Source: a virus
Strand: one strand, 5' to 3'
IMG/VR virus record: IMGVR_UViG_3300020021_000003
Span: 65,877 to 101,046 of that record
Length of the DNA: 35,170 nt
How positions within the stretch are numbered: the stretch's first letter is position 1; each line of letters opens with the position of its first letter. The translations under genes were made by a program, and so were the position numbers. Of the stretch, positions 33,888 through 35,170 are shown in pieces. Under the pieces are notes generated by a model that ran no database searches, had not been told where the DNA came from, and saw nothing but the letters and a program-made list of their open reading frames with translations.

Positions 33888-34160
33888 TTAATTCTCCAGT
33901 TCATAGTACTTATAGAGGGTAAAACCATGGAGGAGCTTGACTTCATCCTCAGAAAACCATGGGTGCATGCCTACATAGCGACCTTCTCCATCCTTGCGAA
34001 TATCGAAGACCTCGCGGCACTTAACAATGTAGTAGAACTCTTCGTCTTCGTCAAGCCACTTATGCATGACCTCGACAGTAACAGCATTGTGGCTGACTTC
34101 ACTTGCGTTGTTGAGGATGTTACCAACCTCGAAGTCATACGTCAACTGGTGTCCATTCAT
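33888..34160 (-). CDS. Hypothetical protein
   Basis: Fills array; start uncertain. Confidence 0.6.
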   Translation of the reverse strand: MNGHQLTYDFEVGNILNNASEVSHNAVTVEVMHKWLDEDEEFYYIVKCREVFDIRKDGEGRYVGMHPWFSEDEVKLLHGFTLYKYYELEN

Positions 34161-34410
34161 ACCGTACGACAGGCAGCTTGACAACCTCAGTGGCCACAAT
34201 TTCCTCCTCGCCGCTCCAGGGGTCCTCTTCCTGCATCTCAGTGGACGGGGAAAGGTAGCTTACTTGGTAGTTCTTGCCTTCAAAGGTAAAGATACCGTCC
34301 CATACGTCGTACCATCGGTGACTCTCAATGAACTCTGTGTCGAATAGCTCATAAGGATAGTCGTTATCCTCCATGAATTCACGTGAGAATATACGTGTTA
34401 CTTTAGACAT
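34135..34410 (-). CDS. Acidic hypothetical protein (HRW...TEMQE motif)
   Basis: ORF in tight array. Confidence 0.7.
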   Translation of the reverse strand: MSKVTRIFSREFMEDNDYPYELFDTEFIESHRWYDVWDGIFTFEGKNYQVSYLSPSTEMQEEDPWSGEEEIVATEVVKLPVVRYEWTPVDV

Positions 34411-34684
34411 CGATATCCACCCATCTAAGTACAGTAGTCAGACTGGAACCCCAGGTGTCAGGATCACTAGTAGGCTTGATAGGCTCATTTGCAAGCACAG
34501 CCACTAGCTTTTGTGCACTGGTCGTAGTCTGAGGATCGGAAAGGTACTCCGCATAGGTACGGAACTGAGTCATCATACCCTTGATAGTGGAAATACTGTT
34601 GTACGGGCGGGAGACCTTGACCTTACCGTCTGAATCGGTTCGGACCCAACGATAGAAATCTAAGTCATCATACTTGTCAGCCAT
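34403..34684 (-). CDS. Hypothetical protein, paralog-like to 34677-34949
   Basis: Shared FYR.V ... QKL.AV ... L.WV. Confidence 0.7.
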   Translation of the reverse strand: MADKYDDLDFYRWVRTDSDGKVKVSRPYNSISTIKGMMTQFRTYAEYLSDPQTTTSAQKLVAVLANEPIKPTSDPDTWGSSLTTVLRWVDIDV

Positions 34685-34949
34685 CGTAATTCACCCACTT
34701 CAACTCGGCTCGCGGCGTCTGAACATAAGTGGTGTACTCACCATCACGTACATCCCATTCAATAACAGCAGTCAGCTTCTGAAGAGAGTAGCTGTTGGTG
34801 TTCTCCTCGCGCTTACGCGTTTCCGGATTGAACACACGGTTCTGCTTCTTGTGCCAAGTGATACCACCTGTAGCAGCGCGCTTGTTCACATAAGACTGAG
34901 AATAGCTATCGCCGTTTACAACAAACCTGTAGAACTCTGTGTCACTCAT
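34677..34949 (-). CDS. Hypothetical protein
   Basis: GAGGAG RBS. Confidence 0.7.
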   Translation of the reverse strand: MSDTEFYRFVVNGDSYSQSYVNKRAATGGITWHKKQNRVFNPETRKREENTNSYSLQKLTAVIEWDVRDGEYTTYVQTPRAELKWVNYDG

Positions 34950-35006
34950 ACCTCTCCTCTAATAGTCCATAGCTACCCGCACTTTCATGCGGATAACTAA
35001 AGCATA

Positions 35007-35170
35007 TTAGTGGCTGCGACGAACCGTACGACGGGTAGTAGTCGTAGTGGTCTTCTTACCAGTGACCGGATGGGTCTGCGTACGAGTCTTCGTCGTGGTG
35101 TGAACAGTGTACGTGTGATGCGAAGGGTTGGCAAACAGGGTGCTGTGGCTCGTGTAGTACTGACGGGTCA
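35007..35170 (-). CDS. C-terminus of Thr/His/Arg-rich protein, truncated by window
   Basis: Open frame ...HTTTKTRTQTHPVTGKKTTTTTTRRTVRRSH ending TAA. Confidence 0.6.
   Translation of the reverse strand, partial: TRQYYTSHSTLFANPSHHTYTVHTTTKTRTQTHPVTGKKTTTTTTRRTVRRSH

Noticed and set aside
1-35170. tRNA or tmRNA genes, integrase, attachment site
   Set aside because: No cloverleaf with T-loop consensus in any intergenic gap and no recombinase motifs by eye; tRNAscan-SE/ARAGORN would confirm.

Overview
This is a segment of a large lytic dsDNA phage of Actinobacteria, most likely infecting Streptomyces or a close relative. The host call rests on a WhiB gene, a secreted Rpf-LysM protein, Streptomyces-phage-style endolysins and TTGACn-N17/18-TAGnnT promoters; the GC content looks roughly balanced by eye. 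Almost all genes run on the minus strand. Left to right: (1) a divergent-promoter 'early' region with an ArdA-like antirestriction gene (1-2250); (2) an operon bounded by terminators (2296-6644) encoding a Pol-beta-superfamily nucleotidyltransferase, a degenerate HAD-fold protein, a basic low-complexity protein, a TGT/DpdA-like TIM-barrel protein with a Cys4 cluster, and a DnaJ-type zinc finger; (3) four peptidoglycan hydrolases: GH25 and CHAP endolysins plus secreted Rpf-LysM and NlpC/P60 proteins behind a structured leader; (4) small disordered proteins, DUF1003, an HNH insertion, SpoVS and RuvC; (5) replication, recombination and nucleotide genes (ThyX, Cas4-like nuclease, WhiB, resolvase, RNA ligase, RecA, class II RNR, family A DNA polymerase, SSB) among many small hypothetical genes. 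No tRNA, CRISPR array, integrase or intein was seen. The best leads are the NTase/pseudo-HAD/TGT-like operon, the secreted Rpf/NlpC 'dormancy' module with SpoVS and WhiB, a twice-repeated intergenic RNA element with three compensatory base pairs, promoters embedded in hairpins, and an HNH gene that appears to have rebuilt the 5' end of its target gene. All family assignments come from motif recognition by eye, with no database searches.
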